Below are positions 9,148 through 18,603 of a stretch of DNA of 22,759 nucleotides, piece after piece; position 1 is the stretch's first letter, and the number at the start of each line of letters is the position of its first letter. The notes beneath the pieces were generated by a model. The model was not told where the DNA came from. It saw only the letters and a list, made by a program, of their open reading frames with translations, and searched no databases. The DNA lies in NCBI GenBank assembly GCA_047611865.1, contig JBLFWS010000040.1, forward strand, positions 1 to 22,759, written 5' to 3'. The stretch is from Chlamydiales bacterium (lineage in GTDB: Bacteria > Chlamydiota > Chlamydiia > Chlamydiales > JBDQID01). A program made the translations under genes and the position numbers.

Positions 9148-12100
9148 TTACTTTGCGGCCCCAAAAGCACCAGTAATTTTAATGTTGCCGCCATCAAAGG
9201 CTTTGAATGAACCGGCAGCCTCTTCTGCTGCAGGCCCGTAAAATCTCCCGCTATAGCCATTTGTGACGGTATTACCACTGAAGGTAGTGTTACCGGAAAA
9301 GGCAGCGCTATTGATACTACTGCTGTTTAAACCAATGGTGTGGGAACCAAGAGAGATACTTCCAGTAACATTCCCAGCTCCGGAAAAGTCTACAGATAAG
9401 GTGGATGTTCCAGTAGCTGCAGTGGCTAAGGAACTCGAATCATTAAAAATTGCTCCAATGGAGGGGCCGTGATAAGTGAATACGGTGGACCCACTGGCTT
9501 GTATAGCTCCTATGTCTGGAATAAGTGAACTATCATTTCTGCCTGATCCAAAATATCCAAAGGCCGTGTGTGCAACCCCTGTTGTTTGCCATTGGCCCCA
9601 GCTTATGTACTGAAAATTTTCTAGTCCGGGTAGGCTTTGAATATAAGAGATATTTGAGTCTATTGTGCTAGACGGAAATGCACTCCCGATGCTTACAGGG
9701 CTTAACGCTGCTGTATGTTCTACCTTTGAAAAAAAATGGTCTTTATCGATAAAAGTATTTTGGTTTTCTAGATCATCATGATGTAAGAAGCTTTTGCTTA
9801 GAGTAATAAGGGAATAATCAGCTGCCGGAGCTGCGTTATCAAATGTCACATGTCCAAAAATGCGATTGTTAGAAGCTTTGATATCGAATGTAGAAGAACT
9901 ATTGTCTAGTAAGCTGATGCCGGAGGAAGAAGCAACGATTCCATTTAGATCACCATGGAGGCTTTCTGAGGAGAATTTCCCGACATTCTTACCTGCCAGA
10001 GCACCAGTAATAACTGTTGAGTTGTCGGAAGCCGAAAATGTGCCAATTCCTTCATCGACTAAGGAGCCAATGAAATCGATAGAAAAAGTTTTCTCATTAC
10101 GGACCCCATTCAGTGTTGTGGATCCCTCAAAACGTGTGATACTTTGGAAGCTGCCGTTGAGATCAACCAGAAGGTCATCTCCATATAAGACGCTTCCATA
10201 CAAAATTCCGTTGGAGAAATTGACATCTAAGCTGCTACTTCCGAAGCGAATGACACCGTTTGGATTTTGGGCATCAAAAACGCTCGCGATAGAGGGGCCA
10301 CTAAAGTGGTAAACGGATGTGCCTGAGTTTCCTGCATTGGTCAAATTAGCGGCGACATTGAAATCGATAACTTCACAAAATCCGAGGTATCCAAAAGCGC
10401 GATTTTCATTTATAATTCCTTTTGCTCCCCACTTGCCCCAGCTAACGTATTTATAATCTTCCAGGCCCGGCATAGCGACTATGTAACTATTAGTTGGGTC
10501 AAGTAGATCTAATGGGAAATCAGGGCCAAAGGATACGGGGGCTATCGATGGAGGACTTCCCAAAGCACCGATAGTAGATGTAATAAAAGCGTCTTTACTG
10601 ATGAAGGCGTTTATACCTGAGTTAAGGTTTGCACCGAGTATTTGTGTCGAGACTTGAAGAAAGTTGTCATTGATGGTAATGGCTGCAGTAAAGTCTAATT
10701 CATTTTGACTATTATCGAGGGTGGTGGATCCGAATATACCTAGATCAGCTCCAGAGCTTCCTCCTTGTATGGTTTTTATAGAGCCGCTATTTGAAAAAAT
10801 CAGTCCTTCTATAGTGCCCGGGTAAATAGCTTCGGTAAGGACTGGTGTTTCTTTGACTCTCGTAGCGACTCCTACTCCAAACTGAGAGTTAACGGCGGAA
10901 GTATTATTGAGGCTCCTGCTAAATTCATAGCTCAAGCTTTCTCCGGAAGTAGAGGCGAAAATTCCGTTTAATGTTCCAAGGTCATCAAAAGAAGCACTAA
11001 ATAATCCGTTGGCAGCATTGTTACCGTTAGTGGAAAATCCAGCGAGTTGGCCGGTGTAAGTATTGTCATCGTGGGTACCCCTGAAGACTTGAATGTCTCC
11101 TGAAGAAAAAAAGCTTAATCCCAGCATTTTCCCGTTATTACGGTCTACTAAATATTTCGAGATACCAAAGTCGGAAGCGGCCTCAGATTTCGTGGAGGTG
11201 CTATTGTAAACTGCGGTTCGAATAGAAGAGCCTGTATAATGTAACATGGGATTACTGGAGGATAACTTTTGAGCTATTCCGGCACTCCAGAAGTTGTGCA
11301 TACCAGGATAGAAATTCTTAATATTTCCGCCGGCAGACTCTTCTTCTACCACGTTCCACATCCCCCACATAACCCCTGTAGGCTTAGAGAATTCTCGGCT
11401 TGTTGGATTAAGTATGGAGGGCAATTCAAAGCTGCTAAGAAAGCTGGCATCTGGATTGCTGACAAAGCTTTCCTCTCCGGAAAGTTCACTAAAAAGGTTT
11501 TGATTGTCTATTGCTGTACTATGTCTGGAAGCAGAAATGGTTTTCGTATTGTTATCATTTCCTGTGAAGTTAAGGAAGCCAGTAAGAGAAGATAGAGAAA
11601 AAGAGGGGGACAGTTCCATTTCACCTTGAACATGAGATAAGCTTAAGCTTTCTGGAGAAACCTGTAGTCCTTGTGTATGACCGATATATTTGCCTTCGGT
11701 ACTTGATAACTTGACTTTGGTCTTATTAAGGAAAGAAGCTCCTGCAAAATAACCTCCTCCTAAGTCATCAGCCTGAACACCGATCCCTTGGGCTTCAGAG
11801 CCAAAAAGTTGGCCATTTCCAGAGTAACTTGTGAGTAGTTTGTTATCGAAAATTAAAGATTTTGGATCTGCGGTAGCACTTAAAGTGGGAGGAGTCGCTA
11901 CAAAGCCTAGAGTATTGTAGAGGTGTAGTTGAGTGATGGAACCATCAACTTCAAGCTGCCCGTTGTAGTACACTGAAGGGAGGCTAGCTTGAAACAGGAG
12001 AGGCGCTTTGCTTGAATTTACTTGATTCGTTGAATCGTCTTTATAGAGGAAGTTTCCAGCAAATGTTCCTAAGTTATTTCCATAGGAGCTTCCACTAATT

Positions 12101-13860
12101 TTATTATGAGTAAAATCGACTGTAGCATTGTTAGAAAAGGCAGCATTTAAGAAATTTCTATTCTTAACGAGTATAGATTCTCTAAGAAGGGGGAAGTCTT
12201 CTACAGAGCTATGAGAGTTAGGTGTATTGAGGTTCGTTTCTCCTTTAATGAGTAGAGAATCCGCATGGCCGTTGGGGGTGTTTTGGGAACTGTAAAAACG
12301 GACTCCAGAGCTGGGGATATTTGCTGAAACAGCATTTGTGACGTTTTCAGGAAAGGGGATTGTTGAGTTGATGGAGGCTTTCCCAAAGAAAAGAAGTTCG
12401 TCAATCTTTTCTGAAGGGTCATTGATCACATGGTTGATGATGAAAAACTCGTTCAGATTATCGTAAATTCTTTTGAATGAACGGGCCCCTTCTGTCACTG
12501 TATCGGCTATAACTTGTTGGTATGTAGTTGCTGTGGGTGTAGGAAGCGTAAAGTTGAGGTTTGTTTTTGACTTGAGTATATTGATAAGAAGTTTTTGTGT
12601 GTCCGAATATACTTGGGGTAAAATCCTGCTGGCGAAGCTATTTACGAAGTCATTGTTAGAATGTAAACCCGTAAGAAATCCTGAATAGTCTCCAGAAGAT
12701 CTTGTAAGTCCTCCAAGCTTTTTCTCATTTGACTGAGCTGTTTCATTAAAGATTATAGTGGAGGCTTTTTCTTTCAAATTATCAATTTCTTGGGATATCA
12801 AATAATTGTCGGTGATATGAGGAGCCTTTTTGAAGGCTTTAGCGAACTTTTTGATCGATTTAAAAGGAAATCTTTTAACATCGAATTCTATTCTGTCAGC
12901 TTCGATGATACTTTCCTCTTCCATAAGGGAGACCGTATTTTGGTCCTTACTTATGAGGGAAGTCTTTTCCGTATCTTGTTCATTTGAATCGGCTTTTTCT
13001 ACAAGCAGGGTATTTCTTTGGACTTCTGCAATGCGTGTGTTTTCTTGCACAGCATATTTTTCACCCGGTGACGTGGAAAAGAACGCAGTATCCATTTCTC
13101 CAGTAGGGCCGATGATAAATCCCGTGCCTGAATTTGAAACCACAAGGACTGGTGGGCCTTCATATTCTCCGCGGAAGGCGGGCTCTAATGTAATTCCTAT
13201 TCCACCTTTTTTCATTATTTCCATCATGGAGGGGCGACCAGGAAGAGTTCCATCTGATGTCAAAATCTCTCCAGAAGATCCTTCAATTCCTACTACTCCC
13301 TGACTGGTTTTGATGTGGAATTTGTGTGGGGCATGTTTTCCAATTTCTCCTGCCATAAATGACATGAGGCCATTTTTCATTTGGGCGACATATTCCATGT
13401 TCCCTTTAGGAGTATATTCATAGGCTTCGACAGTTAAATCGCTGCTTCCATGAAGACTGAATTTTGAATGATCGATAAACTCGACTTGAATGAAAGCTCC
13501 AAGACCGGTGTCGATTCGATCTCCAACAGAAATAGCCGTTTTGTGGCGTATGCTTTCTCTCGTTCCATCGGCTTTAGTTAAGATGCTCAAACCCTTGTTT
13601 GATATGACTATTCCGACTTGTTTGGACTCTTTGATTTTCACTGGTAGTATTGGAGTTGCAACGTAATCTTTGGAAATATGTTGAGCAGACAGACCAGATA
13701 TCATCAAGGAACTTATGATTAGTATAAAAACAAAGAGTCGCCAGGGGCTATACACAAACTTAGATAAGTAGCTGGAGTTTCCAGGTAGGTCTAGATGTGG
13801 AAAAATCGGGCCAAAAACCGATTTTTGGAGTTGTTTGTGCATAAGCATTAAGGTCCCCAT
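9148..13860 (-). CDS. Exported FecR-domain protein with C-terminal TbpB-like beta-barrel modules (paralogue B)
   Basis: Collinear with paralogue A: SVGDRIDTGLGAF, MKKGG, YDNLNEFF, LYNTLG, GVMWG.WN, YPG.HNFW.AGI, FYGP.AEEA.G.F...ITGAFG. The hydrophobic signal-like segment ends at LSA|Q (aa ~59), so the true start may be the GTG at 13755. Confidence 0.8.
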   Translation of the reverse strand: MGTLMLMHKQLQKSVFGPIFPHLDLPGNSSYLSKFVYSPWRLFVFILIISSLMISGLSAQHISKDYVATPILPVKIKESKQVGIVISNKGLSILTKADGTRESIRHKTAISVGDRIDTGLGAFIQVEFIDHSKFSLHGSSDLTVEAYEYTPKGNMEYVAQMKNGLMSFMAGEIGKHAPHKFHIKTSQGVVGIEGSSGEILTSDGTLPGRPSMMEIMKKGGIGITLEPAFRGEYEGPPVLVVSNSGTGFIIGPTGEMDTAFFSTSPGEKYAVQENTRIAEVQRNTLLVEKADSNEQDTEKTSLISKDQNTVSLMEEESIIEADRIEFDVKRFPFKSIKKFAKAFKKAPHITDNYLISQEIDNLKEKASTIIFNETAQSNEKKLGGLTRSSGDYSGFLTGLHSNNDFVNSFASRILPQVYSDTQKLLINILKSKTNLNFTLPTPTATTYQQVIADTVTEGARSFKRIYDNLNEFFIINHVINDPSEKIDELLFFGKASINSTIPFPENVTNAVSANIPSSGVRFYSSQNTPNGHADSLLIKGETNLNTPNSHSSVEDFPLLRESILVKNRNFLNAAFSNNATVDFTHNKISGSSYGNNLGTFAGNFLYKDDSTNQVNSSKAPLLFQASLPSVYYNGQLEVDGSITQLHLYNTLGFVATPPTLSATADPKSLIFDNKLLTSYSGNGQLFGSEAQGIGVQADDLGGGYFAGASFLNKTKVKLSSTEGKYIGHTQGLQVSPESLSLSHVQGEMELSPSFSLSSLTGFLNFTGNDNNTKTISASRHSTAIDNQNLFSELSGEESFVSNPDASFLSSFELPSILNPTSREFSKPTGVMWGMWNVVEEESAGGNIKNFYPGMHNFWSAGIAQKLSSSNPMLHYTGSSIRTAVYNSTSTKSEAASDFGISKYLVDRNNGKMLGLSFFSSGDIQVFRGTHDDNTYTGQLAGFSTNGNNAANGLFSASFDDLGTLNGIFASTSGESLSYEFSRSLNNTSAVNSQFGVGVATRVKETPVLTEAIYPGTIEGLIFSNSGSIKTIQGGSSGADLGIFGSTTLDNSQNELDFTAAITINDNFLQVSTQILGANLNSGINAFISKDAFITSTIGALGSPPSIAPVSFGPDFPLDLLDPTNSYIVAMPGLEDYKYVSWGKWGAKGIINENRAFGYLGFCEVIDFNVAANLTNAGNSGTSVYHFSGPSIASVFDAQNPNGVIRFGSSSLDVNFSNGILYGSVLYGDDLLVDLNGSFQSITRFEGSTTLNGVRNEKTFSIDFIGSLVDEGIGTFSASDNSTVITGALAGKNVGKFSSESLHGDLNGIVASSSGISLLDNSSSTFDIKASNNRIFGHVTFDNAAPAADYSLITLSKSFLHHDDLENQNTFIDKDHFFSKVEHTAALSPVSIGSAFPSSTIDSNISYIQSLPGLENFQYISWGQWQTTGVAHTAFGYFGSGRNDSSLIPDIGAIQASGSTVFTYHGPSIGAIFNDSSSLATAATGTSTLSVDFSGAGNVTGSISLGSHTIGLNSSSINSAAFSGNTTFSGNTVTNGYSGRFYGPAAEEAAGSFKAFDGGNIKITGAFGAAK

Positions 13861-13957
13861 GCAGTGTACAAATGATCAAGGTAGAGTATATTTACTTTCT
13901 GTTAAGATGTAGTTGTTGTTTAATAATCAGGAGTAAAGTTATTAACTACACAGCTGT

Positions 13958-13986
13958 ATTATACTATAGAATGGAAAAACAGGCAA
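13958..13986 (-). promoter_or_regulatory. Putative sigma70/sigma66 promoter for the FecR/TbpB-like genes
   Basis: Minus strand TTGCCT-N17-TATAAT, with a perfect -10 box about 100 nt upstream of the ORF. Confidence 0.6.
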
Positions 13987-14144
13987 TATTACTTGCCGTT
14001 AGTATCTATATGTAGTAGTAATAGGGCATTAAGACTTCTTGTTGGCTTCTGAGCCTTTCAGCAAAAGTATTTATCACTCAGAAAAATCTACAAAATTCTG
14101 TGTAAATCGGAGATGAGGAACGAAAACTAAGCCACAAATTAGGG

Positions 14145-14918
14145 CTAAATAGAGAATAATCGCTTGGCGTTTTCAGAAGTGACTCTTGCTAAGTCTTCTG
14201 TGGACATTCCTTTGACTTCTGCGATGACTTTTGCCGTTTCTGGAAGGTAAGAGGGTTCGTTTCTTTTTCCTCTATGGCTTTGTGGAGCCAGATAGGGGCT
14301 GTCAGTCTCTATTAACAACTGATCCGGAGGAACAATTTTAGCAACCTCGCGAAGTTCATGGCTCTTTTTGAAAGTAACTATTCCACTCAATGACAAAAAC
14401 CAACCTCTTTCAATAACTTGACGGGCTTCTTCTATTGTTCCAGTAAAGCAGTGAAGAACACCTGGTGCAAGAGATCCGTTAATGATATATTCTGCATCTA
14501 AGATTTCAAAAAAGTCAGCAAAGGCCTCTCGGCAGTGGATGACAACAGGTAGCTTGCAATCTAGTGCAAGGTGGAGATAGCGTTTCAGGAAGTCTTTTTG
14601 AATGGATTGAGAAGAGTGAGTATAGTAATAGTCGAGACCCGTTTCACCAACAGCTACGAGCTTCCCATTACGAGCTTGCTCTTCTATGAAAGGAAATACT
14701 TCTTCCCCTTCTTTTTCCACATCATGGGGCGTAGTGGCCGCTGTGTTATATATCCAGGGATACTTTTCAGCAAGAATGATTCCATCTTTTAAAGTCCCAA
14801 CATCTGTGCAGATGTTGACAATGGTACTTACATTTGCTGTTTTTGCGCGTAAAAGAATATCTTCTAGGTCTTCTGCAAGTTCTGGTGTGGTGATATGAGC
14901 GTGTGAATCTATAAACAT
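14145..14918 (-). CDS. tatD: TatD family DNase/hydrolase
   Basis: DSHAH, VGETGLDY, VIHCREA, GVLHCFTG, LIETDSPYLAP, RGKRNEP motifs. Confidence 0.95.
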   Translation of the reverse strand: MFIDSHAHITTPELAEDLEDILLRAKTANVSTIVNICTDVGTLKDGIILAEKYPWIYNTAATTPHDVEKEGEEVFPFIEEQARNGKLVAVGETGLDYYYTHSSQSIQKDFLKRYLHLALDCKLPVVIHCREAFADFFEILDAEYIINGSLAPGVLHCFTGTIEEARQVIERGWFLSLSGIVTFKKSHELREVAKIVPPDQLLIETDSPYLAPQSHRGKRNEPSYLPETAKVIAEVKGMSTEDLARVTSENAKRLFSI

Positions 14919-14927
14919 GAGAGTACC

Positions 14928-17204
14928 TTATCGGATTTTGTCTAAATATTCAATGATGATGTCTTTTGTAAGTAGCTGGGGGAGGATGTGTGGGGCCTCC
15001 AATGGATCACCACTGTATAGAAGGTAAAGGGGAACTCCTGATCTCCCAAACTTTTCTAATTCTCTGGTGATGACAGGATCTTGTACTGTCCAGTCGGCGA
15101 CTAATGTAGCAACGCCTCTTCTGGCGAACTCATCAGCAATCTTTGTAGATTGCAGGGCAACTTTGTTGCCCTGACAGATTAAACACCACTTAGCTGTGAA
15201 ATCAATAAATACTGGATTCCCTTGTGCTAGCAGGACTTCCAGACGCTCCGAAGAAAATGGAGCCCAGATCTTGTATTGCCCTTGTTCGCTTTTATTATTT
15301 GAGATTTTATCAGGGGTAATGGTTTGTGCACTTGCAGCTTCAACGACCAAGAAGACTCCTGTGGTGAAAAGAGATATAGCTAAGATCATGCCAACGGCTT
15401 TGCTAACCCGACTCTTATATAAATTCCCCCAACTTCCATAAATCCATGAGGCAATACCCATAAAAAGAAGGGCAAGAAGTAAAAAGAAAACGGAATTATT
15501 GTCTGTCTGAGCACCTAAGACCCAAATTAACCATATGGAGGCGGCCATCATGAAAAAACCCATCACTTGTTTGAAGACGATCATCCATGCTCCAGGCTTT
15601 GGCAGAAGTCTTATCGCAGAGGGGAATATAGAAAAAAAGAGATAGGGGGTAGACATACCTAGACCAACGAAAGTCAAGATTATCAAAGCTTGCAGAGGCG
15701 GCATGGTTAGAGCAATTCCAAGTGTTGGTCCAAGGAATGGGCCTATGCAGGGGGTGGCAACAACAGTGGCGAGTATACCGCTGAGGAGACTACCTATATA
15801 TACTGAGCGTGTTTGCTTATGGGGATCTCCAGAAACAGAAAATAATCCAATAGTAAAAACTTCAAATAGGCTAAGTGAGCATAAAAAGAAAAATACAGCA
15901 AGTGATGCTACAAATAAAGGCTCCTGTAATTGGAAGCCCCAGCCAACACTGGCCCCTCCCATTCTTAGAGCAAATAAAAGGATTCCCAAGGACCAGAAGG
16001 ATAGTAGTACTCCGGTCGTAAAGAACACTCCGTGCAAGAATAATTGAAAGCGACTTTGTCCTGATAGGCCAAGGAAATGAAGTATTTTTAAGGATATTAC
16101 AGGAAACACACAAGGCATTAGGTTAAGGATCATGCCACCAAGAAAAGCAAAGAAAAGAAGATTGCTAAAAGGGGGCAGTTTTTCCAGGTTTAATGTTACT
16201 CCGCCAAATGTTTCAGAGCCTTTTTTAGAGTGTTCGGGAGCTTCACTTTTTTGGATCTTATCATGAGTGAGGTTATAGGATTTCATGTTACCCGAGAGCA
16301 ATGGGGTGTTGATCTCCATAGCCCCTTCTTTTCCGCTTCCATCCCATCCATTCGAAGAAACGAGCACACCGGTGACATAGGGGATTTCAGCTGAAAAAGA
16401 GTCATTGATATTTTTAATATTAAGGGTATATCTGGAAGTATCAACAATGAGCTCTTGTTTAGCATGAGTATCTATAAGTCCTGGCTGATAGGGATAAAAA
16501 TAAACATCAGATAGGGAGAGGTTTTCCATATTGGAAGGAGTAAGGTGTAAAGTAATGCCTCCATCAATGGATTGAGCACTAACATTCCATAGTTTATTAG
16601 GAAGGTTTTCTCGTGCCAGAGCAAAATCATTAGCAGTCTGTTTATTTACAATAGGAGGTGAGGATTTCACCGCTAGCGTAATGCTTACTTTTTCTAAACC
16701 AGGAAGGCACTGGTCTTTACAAGCAAACCAGTGGACATTTACGGCGAGTGTTAGTTCGTCCATTTCTAAAAGTGACACGGGAGGAATTAAGCGGGTTAAA
16801 AGTAGAACTTTTCCCTGATAGCCGAAATTAACGAATTCATTTGTCTCAAAACGTTCAGGGTAAGGCCATTGTAGAGAATCGACAGTAAATCCTTCTGGCA
16901 ATTCCCACTCTAATTTACTAGCTAGTCCGAGATCTCCAGGATTTTTCCAGTATGTGTGCCATCCGTTAGCAATGTCGAGTTCTACTCCAAGCCAGAAAGG
17001 TCGGCCAGGTTGGATGGACTCTTCCTCAGCAAGAAGCTTTGTCTGTATGGGGTCTAGATCCTCAAAAAGTTCGAAGTAATCGAACTCCCCTTTTTTCAAA
17101 AAGGCGAGTTGAGCGTCTAACTTTGGAAGAAAGCATAGGAATGTTAAAAAAAGCAATGCAGTACGAAAATATTTACTCAAGGTCTGTCTCCAATAATCTA
17201 GCAT
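14928..17204 (-). CDS. dsbD: Thiol:disulfide interchange protein DsbD
   Basis: N-terminal domain WHTYWKNPGD...CKDQC, membrane domain LNLMPCVFP and ATPCIGP, C-terminal thioredoxin DFTAKWCLICQ...GVPLY. Confidence 0.93.
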   Translation of the reverse strand: MLDYWRQTLSKYFRTALLFLTFLCFLPKLDAQLAFLKKGEFDYFELFEDLDPIQTKLLAEEESIQPGRPFWLGVELDIANGWHTYWKNPGDLGLASKLEWELPEGFTVDSLQWPYPERFETNEFVNFGYQGKVLLLTRLIPPVSLLEMDELTLAVNVHWFACKDQCLPGLEKVSITLAVKSSPPIVNKQTANDFALARENLPNKLWNVSAQSIDGGITLHLTPSNMENLSLSDVYFYPYQPGLIDTHAKQELIVDTSRYTLNIKNINDSFSAEIPYVTGVLVSSNGWDGSGKEGAMEINTPLLSGNMKSYNLTHDKIQKSEAPEHSKKGSETFGGVTLNLEKLPPFSNLLFFAFLGGMILNLMPCVFPVISLKILHFLGLSGQSRFQLFLHGVFFTTGVLLSFWSLGILLFALRMGGASVGWGFQLQEPLFVASLAVFFFLCSLSLFEVFTIGLFSVSGDPHKQTRSVYIGSLLSGILATVVATPCIGPFLGPTLGIALTMPPLQALIILTFVGLGMSTPYLFFSIFPSAIRLLPKPGAWMIVFKQVMGFFMMAASIWLIWVLGAQTDNNSVFFLLLALLFMGIASWIYGSWGNLYKSRVSKAVGMILAISLFTTGVFLVVEAASAQTITPDKISNNKSEQGQYKIWAPFSSERLEVLLAQGNPVFIDFTAKWCLICQGNKVALQSTKIADEFARRGVATLVADWTVQDPVITRELEKFGRSGVPLYLLYSGDPLEAPHILPQLLTKDIIIEYLDKIR

Positions 17205-17261
17205 TAAGTAGTTATATTAGGTTTGTGGGGTTTATTATTCAAACCTGAGATTTCAAAAAAT

Positions 17262-17290
17262 AGGATACCTAGTAGCTTAATCGTTGTCAA
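17262..17290 (-). promoter_or_regulatory. Putative promoter of dsbD-tatD
   Basis: Minus strand TTGACA-N17-TATCCT (perfect -35). Confidence 0.65.
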
Positions 17291-17313
17291 AAAATAGTGA
17301 CTTTGACTAGACT
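17284..17313 (+). promoter_or_regulatory. Putative promoter of dprA(-topA)
   Basis: Plus strand TTGTCA-N18-TAGACT. Its -35 overlaps the -35 of the dsbD promoter. Confidence 0.4.
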
Positions 17314-17367
17314 ACTTGTAATTTTCCGTCAAGTATTTCCATATAAGAGTCTTAGCCTAGGTACCCC

Positions 17368-18459
17368 TTGAATGAAACAGATGCCCTTGTGGCACTGACC
17401 CACACACAATTCCTTGGTTCTATCAGAGTTCGACTTTTGGTGAAGTACTTTGGATCGGCACTTGCAGTTCTTGAGGCGGATTCCAGAGAGATAGAGAGCC
17501 TCCCAGGTTTTGGTGAAAAGCTTTCAAGATCTCTTTCAAAATGTATTGAAGGGAGCGAGTGGCGTAGGGATATAGAACTAGCCAACCGTTACTCCACAGC
17601 AATAATTCCGTTTTATGATCCTCGATACCCACGGTTGCTATTAGAGATTCCTGATTTCCCTCCTGTGCTTTATGTGAAAGGAACCCTACAAGCAGGAGAT
17701 AAACAGGGGATTGCTGTCGTTGGCACCCGAAATGCAGGGATATATGGAATGGAAATGGCGGAAAGGTTAAGCCATGATCTAGCCAGTCTTTCATTTACTG
17801 TTGTTAGTGGATTAGCTCGAGGTGTCGATACAGCAGTACATTGCGGCGCTTTACAAACGGGTCGGACTTTGGCAGTTCTTGGTTCAGGGATAGCAAATAT
17901 CTATCCTTCTGAAAATAGAGGGCTTGCAGAAAGAATAGCTTCACAAGGAGCTGTTATGAGTGAGCTGCCTATGACTGCTCTCCCAGATAGGCGACACTTT
18001 CCCAGGCGGAATCGATTGGTCAGTGGTATGACAATGGGAACTGTCCTCATAGAGGCCCCAGAAAAAAGTGGAGCTATGATTACTATGGAAAGAGCTTATG
18101 GTCAAGGGCGTAAACTTTTTGTGCTTCCAGGGCGGGCGGATAACCCTAATTTCCGAGGAAATCATAGCCTTATTAAAAAGGGATTTGCCAAACTTGTGGA
18201 AAATGCACGAGATATCGCGGATTCATTTCAAGACTTGTTTGGATTTTCAACGGAAGTTATTGAAAGAAAGAGGCAAGGCTTACCTTTGGAGAGCGAAGAA
18301 AAAAATCTCCTTGCGAAAATGCCTGATGAAGAGTTGACTGTAGAAGAATTAATAAGAGTGACAAACACACCTATAGTACGGCTGAATGTTTTACTAATGA
18401 GTCTGGTACTGAAAAAATGGCTTAAAGAATTTCCTGGTAAGATCTATAAAAAGATATAA
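17368..18459 (+). CDS. dprA: DNA-processing protein DprA (Smf)
   Basis: YPRLL.EI.D.PP.LY.KG, IAVVGTR, VVSGLARGVD, HFPRRNRLVSG, EAPEKSGA, C-terminal winged helix. TTG start. Usual position upstream of topA. Confidence 0.95.
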   Translation: MNETDALVALTHTQFLGSIRVRLLVKYFGSALAVLEADSREIESLPGFGEKLSRSLSKCIEGSEWRRDIELANRYSTAIIPFYDPRYPRLLLEIPDFPPVLYVKGTLQAGDKQGIAVVGTRNAGIYGMEMAERLSHDLASLSFTVVSGLARGVDTAVHCGALQTGRTLAVLGSGIANIYPSENRGLAERIASQGAVMSELPMTALPDRRHFPRRNRLVSGMTMGTVLIEAPEKSGAMITMERAYGQGRKLFVLPGRADNPNFRGNHSLIKKGFAKLVENARDIADSFQDLFGFSTEVIERKRQGLPLESEEKNLLAKMPDEELTVEELIRVTNTPIVRLNVLLMSLVLKKWLKEFPGKIYKKI

Positions 18460-18603
18460 AGCCGGCATAGGCGACCTTTAGAAATTTTTTTCCCATTGGC
18501 GAAATGTGACGAGTAGTGGAAATTGTATCTGCAGAAGTATATAGTAGATATTGTAAACAGAGATGACCGTACATTGTTAAGGTAAGGAGTGCAATAGGAA
18601 AAG

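Noticed and set aside
4960..13860. Classical FecR anti-sigma factors or Pmp autotransporters
   Set aside because: No adjacent FecI/FecA, no cytoplasmic anti-sigma domain plus TM topology, no GGAI/FxxN repeats, and no autotransporter C-terminal Phe.
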